Source: Bacteroidales bacterium (lineage in GTDB: Bacteria; Bacteroidota; Bacteroidia; Bacteroidales; UBA7960). From it: 64,000 nucleotides of DNA. The notes under the pieces are model-generated. The model did not search any database, was not told the DNA's origin, and worked only from the letters and a program-made list of their open reading frames with translations. The position numbers were made by a program, and so were the translations under genes. This document shows, piece after piece, positions 10,246-18,892 of this stretch. The stretch spans positions 33,244 to 97,243 of the forward strand of contig PWJZ01000057.1 of the NCBI GenBank assembly GCA_003559855.1, in the 5' to 3' direction. Positions within the stretch are counted from its first letter, which is position 1. Each line of letters begins with the position of its first letter.

Positions 10246-10572
10246 CAATAGTGTACGGTCAAGAATTCAAAAATTTAATGCTTTCTTCTGATATCAGTAA
10301 TTACAAAACATAAAAAAATAAATGGTTATAAGATTTTATTAATTGTAGCCACAAAGCTTGCACTGAGCTTGTCGAAGTGACTCAAAGACACCATAAAATA
10401 CAAAGAGCTGATAAGCTGTAATTTACGCTTAGTTATTTCCCTTTGCTCAATACAAGCTTTGAGATCCCGCTCTGTTGGATAATTTGTTAACTAACAATAT
10501 TAATATGAAAAACATATATCCAACAGGGTTAATGTCTTTGCGGCAAGATTAATTCTTGACCGGACACTGGTA
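10246..10572. mobile_element. MITE-like element, copy 2 (diverged, opposite orientation, about 327 bp)
   Basis: Ends are AGTGTACGGTCAAGAATT (10250-10267) and AATTCTTGACCGGACACT (10551-10568), which are inverted repeats. It shares with copy 1: AGTGTCCG...TTAATCTTGCC, TTAATTRTAGCCAC, GACTCAAAGAC and TTCTTYTRATAYCAGTMATTACAAAA. No clear TSD. Confidence 0.55.
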
Positions 10573-10707
10573 TAGCGTCAATATCTTTAAAATTTCTCTA
10601 TACAAAAATCCAGGCAGATTATAATATTAAAAGATCATATATTCTGCCTGTAAAGATAAAAATATTAACTCAAAAAAGGCGTTTGTTGTGAATTTTTGAT
10701 ATTTTTT

Positions 10708-10715
10708 TAACTTTG
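10708..10715 (+). promoter_or_regulatory. Bacteroidota-type -7 promoter box TAACTTTG upstream of the trehalose module
   Basis: Exact TAnnTTTG, 46 nt upstream of the ATG at 10761. Confidence 0.5.
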
Positions 10716-10760
10716 ATGGCTTAAAGCTGAATTAGTTTGTAAAACGTAAATAATAAAAAT

Positions 10761-12332
10761 ATGAATTGTGCTTTAAAAAGTTATCCGGGCAATCTGCCTG
10801 TGGAGGCTTTGATTTTTGATATTGACGGAGTGCTTACTCAAACAAGGAATACACATCAGAAATCGTGGGAAGAGATGTTTGATCGTTTTTTTAATGAGTA
10901 CGTTAAAAAATATGGTAAACAGGCTTCCATGTCGGAAAATGATTACCAGAAATATCTCGATGGCAAGCCCCGCTATCAGGGGGTAAGGAGTTTTCTTAAT
11001 TCAAGGAATATAGAGTTGCCGTGGGGAAATAGTGATGACCCACCGGGCATGGAAACCATTTGCGCTTTGGGCAATATGAAAAACGAGATTTTTAATGAGG
11101 TTCTCGAGCGTGATGGCGTTGATGTTTATGAGGATGCTGTCGGGAAATTGAAGATCTGGAAAAAGATGGGTATGAAAACTGCCATTGTGTCGTCAAGCAA
11201 GAACTGTAAAAAGATCATTGAAGTAGCCGGTATTGATGATTTGTTTGATACAAGGGTTGATGGTGCCGTATCGGAAGATATTGGTCTGAAGGGTAAGCCC
11301 GACCCCGATATTTTTACGGAAGCTGCAAAGAGGCTGAATGCGCGCGCTGAATACTCTGTTGTATTCGAAGATGCAATATCAGGTGTGCAGGCAGGTCAGA
11401 GCGGCTATTTTGCCCTTGTGGTGGGTGTTAACAGGTTTGATAATAAAGATGACTTGCTTGAAAACGGAGCCGACTTTACTATAGACAGCTTTGATGAACT
11501 CGATATTACCGATAAGGAATTAATTGAAGAATATTTCTCACGCCCGGGCATACCTGTATTCCCGGATAATAAAGAGATATTTGATATTCTGAGCAAAAAA
11601 GAGCCGGTAATATTTCTGGATTACGACGGCACATTAACTCCAATCGTATCGCGTCCGGAAGATGCGGTAATTTCTAAGCAAATGAAGGAGACTTTGCAAA
11701 AGCTGGCCGAGAAATATACGGTGGCTATCGTTACAGGCCGTGATAAGGAAGATGTTGAAAACCTTGTTAAACTGGATGAAATAATTTATGCGGGAAGCCA
11801 TGGATATATTATTTCCGGACTGGATGGTATTTCAATGGAACATCCTGACTCGAAGAAAATAATCCCCAGACTTGATAAAATAGAAAAGGAAGCAGAAAAA
11901 CTGCTGAAAGAAAAAACCGTCGGTACACAACTTGACAGAAAACGTTATGCCATAGGGCTTCACTACCGAAATGCACGACCGGAAGATGAAAAAGCTGTTT
12001 ATGATATTGTAAATGAATTAATTGAAAAATATCCGGGACATAAGACCGGTGAAGGAAAAAAAATTGTTGAAATCAAACCCGATATTGATTGGCATAAAGG
12101 AAAAGCCGTTGAGTGGATTATGGATGCGCTCGAACTCTCAGAAAAAGATGATATTATTCCTGTGTTTATCGGTGATGACATTACCGATGAGGACGCTTTT
12201 AAAACATTGAAAGATAATGGTTTGGGAATAATGGTAGGAAGCCATGGACAAAAAACCAACGCCTCCTATTCCCTGAAAAATGTCTTCCAGGTCAGAGAGT
12301 TTTTTAAGAAATTACTGGATTTACACAGCTAA
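10761..12332 (+). CDS. fusion of beta-phosphoglucomutase-type HAD-IA hydrolase and trehalose-phosphatase (HAD-IIB)
   Basis: 523-aa ORF. The N-terminal half has beta-PGM motifs: LIFDIDGVLTQT, VSSSKN, KGKPDPDIF, FEDAISGVQAG. The C-terminal half has intact OtsB-type motifs: FLDYDGTLTP, IVTGRD, HKGKAVE, IGDDITDEDAF. Confidence 0.85.
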   Translation: MNCALKSYPGNLPVEALIFDIDGVLTQTRNTHQKSWEEMFDRFFNEYVKKYGKQASMSENDYQKYLDGKPRYQGVRSFLNSRNIELPWGNSDDPPGMETICALGNMKNEIFNEVLERDGVDVYEDAVGKLKIWKKMGMKTAIVSSSKNCKKIIEVAGIDDLFDTRVDGAVSEDIGLKGKPDPDIFTEAAKRLNARAEYSVVFEDAISGVQAGQSGYFALVVGVNRFDNKDDLLENGADFTIDSFDELDITDKELIEEYFSRPGIPVFPDNKEIFDILSKKEPVIFLDYDGTLTPIVSRPEDAVISKQMKETLQKLAEKYTVAIVTGRDKEDVENLVKLDEIIYAGSHGYIISGLDGISMEHPDSKKIIPRLDKIEKEAEKLLKEKTVGTQLDRKRYAIGLHYRNARPEDEKAVYDIVNELIEKYPGHKTGEGKKIVEIKPDIDWHKGKAVEWIMDALELSEKDDIIPVFIGDDITDEDAFKTLKDNGLGIMVGSHGQKTNASYSLKNVFQVREFFKKLLDLHS

Positions 12333-12451
12333 ATCTGTAAAATTACAATATATGATCAGAAAATAAAGGTTGTCTAAACACTAATATCTCAACAAAACAG
12401 ACATGTTAATAAATAAACCCTGGTCACATAATAATTTGTGATTCAATGACG

Positions 12452-12486
12452 CTTTGTAATTTGTAAATCATTCGTAATTCGATAAA
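12452..12486. repeat. degenerate 7-nt-period repeat (TTTGTAA/TTCGTAA family)
   Basis: ctttgta atttgta aatcatt cgtaatt cgataaa. Confidence 0.5.
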
Positions 12487-12564
12487 TAAGATGTTTTTTT
12501 ACAGGCAGGCAGAAAGAGAGATAAAATTTCATTTAATAATTCACAAAAACATGTTTAATATAGT

Positions 12565-14955
12565 ATGGATTGGACAGTAACATATAAAGGATTTAATGAA
12601 GAAGAACACCCTTTGCAGGAAGCACTTTGTACTTTGGGTAATGGTTATTTTGCCACCCGGGGTGCACTGGAAATGGAAAAAGACAATGAATACAACTATC
12701 CCGGCACTTACCTTGCAGGCGGATATAACAGGATGAAATCCGAGATACAGGGTAAAGTTATCGAGAATGAAGATCTTGTAAACTGGCCTAACTGGCTATA
12801 TCTTACATATAAGATAAATGACGGTGATTGGTTTAGCCTGAAAGAAGTTGAAATCCTGCAGTTTGACACCTGTCTGCATATGAAGGAGGGTATCCTTGAG
12901 CGCAGGATGAGGTTCCGTGACAGCAAAAAAAGAGAAACCAATATAATAAGCCGCAGGATATTTTCAATGTACAACTATCATGCTGCTGTTATTCAATGGC
13001 AATTAACGCCGGAAAACTGGTCGGGTGATATAACAATACGTTCGGGAATTGACGGGGATATAATAAATAATAATGTAAAACGATACAGCGAATTAAACCA
13101 GGATCATATTGTAATACTTGAAAAGGGGCAAATAAACGATAATGGCATTTATTTATTAAGTCGCAGCAAACAATCGCGGATACATTTGGCACAGGCTGCC
13201 AGGACAGAGATATATATTGATAAGAAGAAGCAGGATGTAAAACAGCAGGTAGTTGAAAAAAAAGGTTTTGTTGCCGGAGATTTTAAAATGACATGCGAGG
13301 AAAAAAAATCTATTATTATTGAAAAATTTATTACTTTATATTCATCCCGTGATTTTGCAATAAGTGATCCGATGACCGAAGCGTACACCTGGCTCGGCCG
13401 GCTTGGAAGATTTAACAAAATACTGAAAGAGCATAAAACATTATGGAGGCAAATATGGCATTACAATGATATTAAGGTTGATGCAAACGGTAGTTTGGAG
13501 CAATTGGTGATACGTTTGCATATATTTCATGTGTTTCAGACGGTTTCGAAGGTGAGCATTGAAAAAGACATAGGCATTCCTGCCCGTGGCTGGCATGGAG
13601 AGGCGTACCGCGGGCATATTTTCTGGGATGAGCTTTATATTTTACCTTTTATTAACCTGCAATATCCGCAATTATCACGTTCATTATTGATGTATCGCTA
13701 TCGCAGGCTGCCCGAAGCATGCTTTATGGCAAAAGAAGCAGGTTTCAGGGGAGCGATGTTTCCGTGGCAAAGCGGCAGCAACGGGAGGGAGGAAACTCAA
13801 AAGTTGCACCTGAACCCCAGGTCAGGAAGATGGCTGCCGGATGTATCTCATCTTCAATATCATGTGAATGCAGCTATTCCTTTTAATGTGTGGCATTATT
13901 ATCAAAGCACTGAGGATATTGATTTTATTATTTCGCACGGGGCAGAAATAGTACTTTCTGCAGCTTTGTTCTGGTCAAGCATTACCAAATTTAACGAAAA
14001 ACGAGGGCGATACGAAATACACGGTGTAATGGGTCCTGATGAATACCATACATATTATCCCGGTTCGGAAAAGCCGGGGTTAAACAACAATGCTTATACA
14101 AATATAATGGCTGTATGGGTAATACAGCACGCACTGGATTTAATGGAACTGGTTGGTGAAAACTGTTGTAAAGACCTGGAAAAAAATATTGGCTTTACCC
14201 CCGAAGACATTGAAAAATGGAAAGATATTACAAAGAAAATGTACGTGCCTGTCGACGAGAATAATATTATAATGCAGTTTGAAGGCTATGAAAAGCTCAA
14301 AGAACTCGACTGGGATCATTATCATAAAAAGTATGGCAAAGCTCTTCGCCTCGATCGCATCCTTGAAAGTGAAGGTGATTCATGCAACCATTACAAGGCC
14401 AGTAAACAAGCAGACGTGTTGATGTTGTTTTATCTTTTTTCGAAAGAAGAGCTGAAAGGAATTTTCAATAAGCTGGGTTATGATTTTGAAGCCGGGATAA
14501 TCCCCAACAACATAGAATACTATCATAAACGTACGGCTCATGGTTCTACTTTAAGCCAGGTTATACATTCCTGGGTATATGCAAGGTTGCATCGTGAGGA
14601 ATCATGGAATCGTTTCCGTGAAGCACTGATGAGTGATTTTAAGGATATACAGGGCGGCACTACCCATGAGGGTATTCACCTGGGAGCTATGGCAGGAACG
14701 CTCGATATTATACAACGGTGCTATACCGGTCTGGAAATCCGTGATGATATATTGTGGTTTAACCCGCATCTTCCTGACGATATCAATTCCATGAGTTTCC
14801 GTATGCGCTATCGTGGCCATTGGATGAAACTGAATATCAATCATAAAAGGATCATCATCGACTTTGATAAGGGATGGGCAAATCCTGTGACAATTGGAGT
14901 TGGAGGAGAAACATATAAATTTGAAACTAACGACACAAAAGAATTTAAACTTTAA
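12565..14955 (+). CDS. glycoside hydrolase family 65 inverting disaccharide phosphorylase (trehalose / trehalose-6-P / kojibiose type; specificity unknown)
   Basis: 796-aa ORF. N-terminus is GH65-like (LGNGYFATRGA). The catalytic region reads HGVMGPDEYH...NNNAYTN. Size is typical for the family. Confidence 0.9.
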   Translation: MDWTVTYKGFNEEEHPLQEALCTLGNGYFATRGALEMEKDNEYNYPGTYLAGGYNRMKSEIQGKVIENEDLVNWPNWLYLTYKINDGDWFSLKEVEILQFDTCLHMKEGILERRMRFRDSKKRETNIISRRIFSMYNYHAAVIQWQLTPENWSGDITIRSGIDGDIINNNVKRYSELNQDHIVILEKGQINDNGIYLLSRSKQSRIHLAQAARTEIYIDKKKQDVKQQVVEKKGFVAGDFKMTCEEKKSIIIEKFITLYSSRDFAISDPMTEAYTWLGRLGRFNKILKEHKTLWRQIWHYNDIKVDANGSLEQLVIRLHIFHVFQTVSKVSIEKDIGIPARGWHGEAYRGHIFWDELYILPFINLQYPQLSRSLLMYRYRRLPEACFMAKEAGFRGAMFPWQSGSNGREETQKLHLNPRSGRWLPDVSHLQYHVNAAIPFNVWHYYQSTEDIDFIISHGAEIVLSAALFWSSITKFNEKRGRYEIHGVMGPDEYHTYYPGSEKPGLNNNAYTNIMAVWVIQHALDLMELVGENCCKDLEKNIGFTPEDIEKWKDITKKMYVPVDENNIIMQFEGYEKLKELDWDHYHKKYGKALRLDRILESEGDSCNHYKASKQADVLMLFYLFSKEELKGIFNKLGYDFEAGIIPNNIEYYHKRTAHGSTLSQVIHSWVYARLHREESWNRFREALMSDFKDIQGGTTHEGIHLGAMAGTLDIIQRCYTGLEIRDDILWFNPHLPDDINSMSFRMRYRGHWMKLNINHKRIIIDFDKGWANPVTIGVGGETYKFETNDTKEFKL

Positions 14956-14967
14956 AAAATAATAACA

Positions 14968-17160
14968 ATGAGATTATTAATCGTTTCTAACCGCTTGCCT
15001 GTATCGGTTTATAAAGAGAAAAACGAATATAAATTTACAAAAAGTGCAGGCGGGCTTGTTTCGGGATTGAGCGACTTTCTTGCTGGTTTGGGTAAATCGG
15101 AATCCGATATTGATGATTATATATGGATGGGCTGGCCGGGAACAACAGTACAGAAAGAAGACGAAGATTTTATAAGTGAAAAGGTGCAAAAGGAATACAA
15201 AGCATCTCCCGTATTTTTTTCACAAAGACTGATGGATAAGGTTTACTATGGTTTTTGCAACAGAACCATCTGGCCGCTTTTTCATTATTTTCCTAACTAT
15301 GCAAACTTTGAAAATGAGTATTGGGATGAATATAAAAATATGAATGAGATATTTTGTGATGAGGTGCTCAAGATCGCTAAGTCAGGGGATATCATTTGGG
15401 TTCATGATTACCATCTGATGCTTTTGCCCGCTATGTTGCGTAAAAAAATTAATAACCCCGTCGGATTCTTTCTGCACATACCATTTCCTTCCTATGAAAT
15501 GTACCGGCTGTTTCCTAAAGAGAGCCGTAATCAAATACTTGAGGGATTGTTAGGTGCTGATCTTGTGGGCTTTCATACTCATGATTATGCGCAATATTTT
15601 TTGCATACAGTATTAAGGATCTTAGGAATAGAAAATCATATGGGCACTATTGACCTGCCCGACAGGATGGTAAGGGTGGGTACTTTTCCAATGGGAATAG
15701 AATACAACAAGTTTCACAACATGGATGTATCACCTTATCATTCGGCCAAGCCCGGAGCAGGGCAGCCCAAAATAGTTCTTTCGGTTGACCGTCTTGATTA
15801 TTCCAAGGGTATTGTAAAACGTCTGCAGGGCTTTGAGTTGTTTTTGAAAAATAACCCTGAATGGCATGGCAAGGTATTTATGAACATGATTTTGGTGCCT
15901 TCCAGAACGGGAGTTACCGCTTATAAACAGATAAAAAGGAGACTTGATGAGCTGGTAGGAAATATTAACGGAAATTATGGTACTGTCAACTGGACACCTA
16001 TCATATATCAATATACATCTTTACCTCACAAGCAACTTATAGCGCAGTACCGTATGAGCGATGTTTCGCTTATAACTCCTCTGAGAGACGGGATGAACCT
16101 TGTGGCTAAAGAATATGTAGCTTCTCTAAAAGACGGGAAAGGAATGCTGATTTTAAGCGAATTTGCGGGAGCTGCTAAAGAGCTTAGTGAAACAATAATC
16201 ATAAATCCCAATAATGTAAGTGAAATTGCCGATGCCATATATGAAGCACTGAATATGCCGGAAGAGGATCAAATACACCGTAATGAACAAATGCAAAAAA
16301 GACTGAAACGTTACAATGTTACCAGGTGGGCTAATGATTTCGTAGAAAATCTTTTGGACATATATAAAGCTTCTACAATTACTGCTGAGGAAAAATTTCT
16401 TAAACCTGAAATTGCAGACAGGTTAATTGAAGATTATAAAAAAGCTGCAAGAAGAATTGTGTTAGTCAATTATGACGGCACATTAGTGCCTTATGTCAAA
16501 TTTCCTGAAAATGCCGGCCCTTCTGCTGATTTGATTAATCTTCTTAAGAATATTGAAAAAAATGACAAAACCGACATTGTCATAAGCAGCGGCAGGAGTA
16601 AAGATGAACTGGATGCATGGCTTGGAGAAGCGCCTGTGAATATTACCGCCGAACATGGAATATGGATTCGTGATGCCGAAAGTAAGGAATGGAAACTTTT
16701 TAAACCTATATCAAATGAATGGAAAGAAGAGATTTTGCCGATATTAGAATTATATACCGACCGGCTGCCCGGCTCATTTATTGAAGAAAAACAGTATTCC
16801 ATTTCATGGCATTATCATAAGGCGGATATATTGCAGGCTTCATTTTTGTCAAAAGAAGTGAACGATTACCTTTTATCTTTGGTTACCAATATTGGTTTAC
16901 AGGTTTTACACGGCAGAAAAACCATCGAGGTGAGCAATGCAGGTATAAATAAAGGAGAGCTTGCAATGCACTGGATCTCACGTAAAAATTATGATTTTAT
17001 CATGGGAATAGGTTCAGGCTGGTCTGATGAAATGCTGTTTAATACTTTGCCCGAAAATGCCTGGTCTATAGCTGTCGGAATGCTCAAAACCGATGCCCGG
17101 TATGTGATTAAAAAACAGGAAGATGTTATCGAGTTATTGAAAACTCTTCAAAAGTTTTGA
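14968..17160 (+). CDS. otsA: alpha,alpha-trehalose-phosphate synthase (GT20) fused to a degenerate trehalose-phosphatase-like domain
   Basis: 730-aa ORF. GT20 motifs are present (RLLIVSNRLPV, VHDYHLMLLP, GFFLHIPFPS, LRDGMNLVAKEY). The C-terminal HAD-IIB-like domain has NYDGTL and GIGSGWSDE in place of DxDGTL and GDDxTDE. It starts 12 nt after the GH65 stop. Confidence 0.9.
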   Translation: MRLLIVSNRLPVSVYKEKNEYKFTKSAGGLVSGLSDFLAGLGKSESDIDDYIWMGWPGTTVQKEDEDFISEKVQKEYKASPVFFSQRLMDKVYYGFCNRTIWPLFHYFPNYANFENEYWDEYKNMNEIFCDEVLKIAKSGDIIWVHDYHLMLLPAMLRKKINNPVGFFLHIPFPSYEMYRLFPKESRNQILEGLLGADLVGFHTHDYAQYFLHTVLRILGIENHMGTIDLPDRMVRVGTFPMGIEYNKFHNMDVSPYHSAKPGAGQPKIVLSVDRLDYSKGIVKRLQGFELFLKNNPEWHGKVFMNMILVPSRTGVTAYKQIKRRLDELVGNINGNYGTVNWTPIIYQYTSLPHKQLIAQYRMSDVSLITPLRDGMNLVAKEYVASLKDGKGMLILSEFAGAAKELSETIIINPNNVSEIADAIYEALNMPEEDQIHRNEQMQKRLKRYNVTRWANDFVENLLDIYKASTITAEEKFLKPEIADRLIEDYKKAARRIVLVNYDGTLVPYVKFPENAGPSADLINLLKNIEKNDKTDIVISSGRSKDELDAWLGEAPVNITAEHGIWIRDAESKEWKLFKPISNEWKEEILPILELYTDRLPGSFIEEKQYSISWHYHKADILQASFLSKEVNDYLLSLVTNIGLQVLHGRKTIEVSNAGINKGELAMHWISRKNYDFIMGIGSGWSDEMLFNTLPENAWSIAVGMLKTDARYVIKKQEDVIELLKTLQKF

Positions 17161-17290
17161 TATTGAATGTTTATACAATATGTTTCATAAAAGACCATAT
17201 TCATACTGGTAATAAGATGATCTGCGGTAAAGGTATGTAAGTCTTGACAAGTGATTGTTTGTTCTGAACATTCAACAAATATCTATAATC

Positions 17291-17665
17291 ATGAAAAAAG
17301 CAGGAATATTTTTCGTTTTTATTACGGCTATTTTTATTTTCAAAGCATGTGTTGAAAGAAAAAATGTATTTGATATCTCCGGAACATGGAGACTTGAAAA
17401 GACAGAAATATATATTGAATATGATTTGATGGAAACCTTTACCGACACAGGCGAAAAACTTACATTTTATTCCGACGGACTGGGGAAGTCGGGTGTTTTT
17501 GTTTTCGAATGGGAACTGACCGATGATGCTCTGCTTATTACGGAACACGGTCATACTGTTAAATATTTTATCAGGAAAAAAGAAAAAGACATTCTGATAC
17601 TTGAACAACTTCAATCAGAGCATGATCCGGCAGGTGGAAAAGAAATCCTGACACTAAGAAGGTAG
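17291..17665 (+). CDS. small lipocalin-like lipoprotein (hypothetical)
   Basis: The ATG at 17291 gives MKKAGIFFVFITAIFIFKAC, a lipobox signal. The track ORF opens earlier at a TTG (17255). A GTWRL motif typical of lipocalin-like domains is present. Confidence 0.6.
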   Translation: MKKAGIFFVFITAIFIFKACVERKNVFDISGTWRLEKTEIYIEYDLMETFTDTGEKLTFYSDGLGKSGVFVFEWELTDDALLITEHGHTVKYFIRKKEKDILILEQLQSEHDPAGGKEILTLRR

Positions 17666-17787
17666 TGTAATTATAAATGTATACAGGGCACCGGGTTTTA
17701 TAGCGGGCGAAGAAAAAACAGGTTGTGAAAAACCTTTGTTTTTAATATTTGACAAAAAAACGGCCGCACTGGCAACATATAAAATTT

Positions 17788-17812
17788 ACCGGCGCTGTTT
17801 TCCCGCACCGGC
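17788..17812. terminator. candidate bidirectional hairpin between convergent genes (17665 plus / 17830 minus)
   Basis: ACCGGCGC-TGTTTTCCC-GCACCGGC (7 bp, one mismatch or G-U pair). TTTTAAA follows on the plus strand and TAAATTTT follows on the minus strand. Confidence 0.4.
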
Positions 17813-17829
17813 TTTTAAAGGCTATCGGA

Positions 17830-18168
17830 TTATTTGTACAATAAAATGTCAATACTTTCGATTGTTATCAAACAACCCCTGGTCATATTGTCAAACTTTG
17901 ACTTGACCTTCTCGTAAAAAGAAATAATCTTTTCGTTTTTATCTACTATTTCAATTACTATCGGATATTTTTCCTTTTGTAATGAAATATCTAATGAACT
18001 TTGCTCATTTCTGGATTTGTAGCCCAGCACACCCCTAAGCACCGTTGCACCTGCAACCCCGTGCTCATTGGCGATCTCTACGATTTTTTCATAAATGGGA
18101 TAATTTGCGTCTTTGTCTGTAGAACTTAAATAAATCCTTAACAGACTGTGAGATTGGTTTGCAGCCAT
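17830..18168 (-). CDS. DUF190 (UPF0166, PII-like fold) protein
   Basis: 112-aa ORF. LRIYLSSTDK...PIYEKIVEIANEHGVAGATVLRGVLGY matches the DUF190 pattern. Confidence 0.8.
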   Translation of the reverse strand: MAANQSHSLLRIYLSSTDKDANYPIYEKIVEIANEHGVAGATVLRGVLGYKSRNEQSSLDISLQKEKYPIVIEIVDKNEKIISFYEKVKSKFDNMTRGCLITIESIDILLYK

Positions 18169-18404
18169 ATTTTATTATTTTATGAGTTAAATTTTGAAAT
18201 TAAAATTAAATTATTCAAAAATAATCAAAATTTAAAATATATTTAAAAAATCACAAATAATTTCTTATTAATCAGTTTTTTGGCGTTTCAAAAACTTATA
18301 ATACAGGGTATTATAATTTATAAAAGTTATCCATGTGTATGAAATGTATTTAAAATAGTGGTTTTTTGATTAGCGGTTCAGCTGGTATGGTATTATAACC
18401 TATG

Positions 18405-18431
18405 AAAAAAAAGCCGGGGAATTTCCCCGGC
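18405..18431 (-). terminator. rho-independent terminator downstream of hsp20 (18464-18892)
   Basis: On the minus strand, GCCGGGGA-AAT-TCCCCGGC (8-bp GC-rich stem) is followed by TTTTTTTT. Confidence 0.8.
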
Positions 18432-18463
18432 TCCTTATCTTCTTGCCTCTGATGTTTTTAGAT

Positions 18464-18892
18464 TTACCCGACATTTATAGAGATACTTTTGTTTTTGACA
18501 GAAGTATCTTTTGCCGGCAACTCAATACTCAAAAGCCCGTTTTTCATTGATGCATTTATTTTATCTTTATTTGTGTCATCAGGTATCCGGATGGTTCTCA
18601 GTATTGAAAACTTCTGATCGCCCTCTTTTGTATCACGTGAACGCCCTTGCTGTCCTTTGTAATGAACTTTTATGCCGAGAACATCTTTATCGCAGTCAAT
18701 CTTTATATCTTCTTTTTTAAAACCGGGGATTGCCATGTCGATCCTGTATCCGGAACGGGTTTCAAGTACATTCATTGCCGGAAAATCCCTGCTTGTCTGG
18801 TAAAATGAGGGTAATTCATTGGGCCTTCGTTGAAAGGCTTTCCCTGAAATATTGTCACGTACTTTGTAAAGTTTTTTAATTAATTCAGCCAT
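18464..18892 (-). CDS. Hsp20/alpha-crystallin small heat-shock protein
   Basis: 142-aa ORF with an alpha-crystallin domain (YRIDMAIPGFKKEDIKIDCDKDVLGI...NGLLSIELP). Confidence 0.9.
   Translation of the reverse strand: MAELIKKLYKVRDNISGKAFQRRPNELPSFYQTSRDFPAMNVLETRSGYRIDMAIPGFKKEDIKIDCDKDVLGIKVHYKGQQGRSRDTKEGDQKFSILRTIRIPDDTNKDKINASMKNGLLSIELPAKDTSVKNKSISINVG

Noticed and set aside
10225-10248. N-terminal extensions opened by TTG or GTG codons in the ORF track (10248, 17255, 23198, 29229, 52514).
   Set aside because: In each case a downstream ATG yields a canonical signal peptide, lipobox or TM start and removes an overlap with neighbouring features. The extension at 10248 would begin inside the MITE terminus.
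18169-18463. Fluoride riboswitch upstream of the DUF190 gene.
   Set aside because: I could not find the conserved crcB-motif core (GGCGATG...AACCGCC...CTGATGATGCCTAC-like) on the minus strand. The region is almost pure A/T. A covariance-model scan is still suggested.
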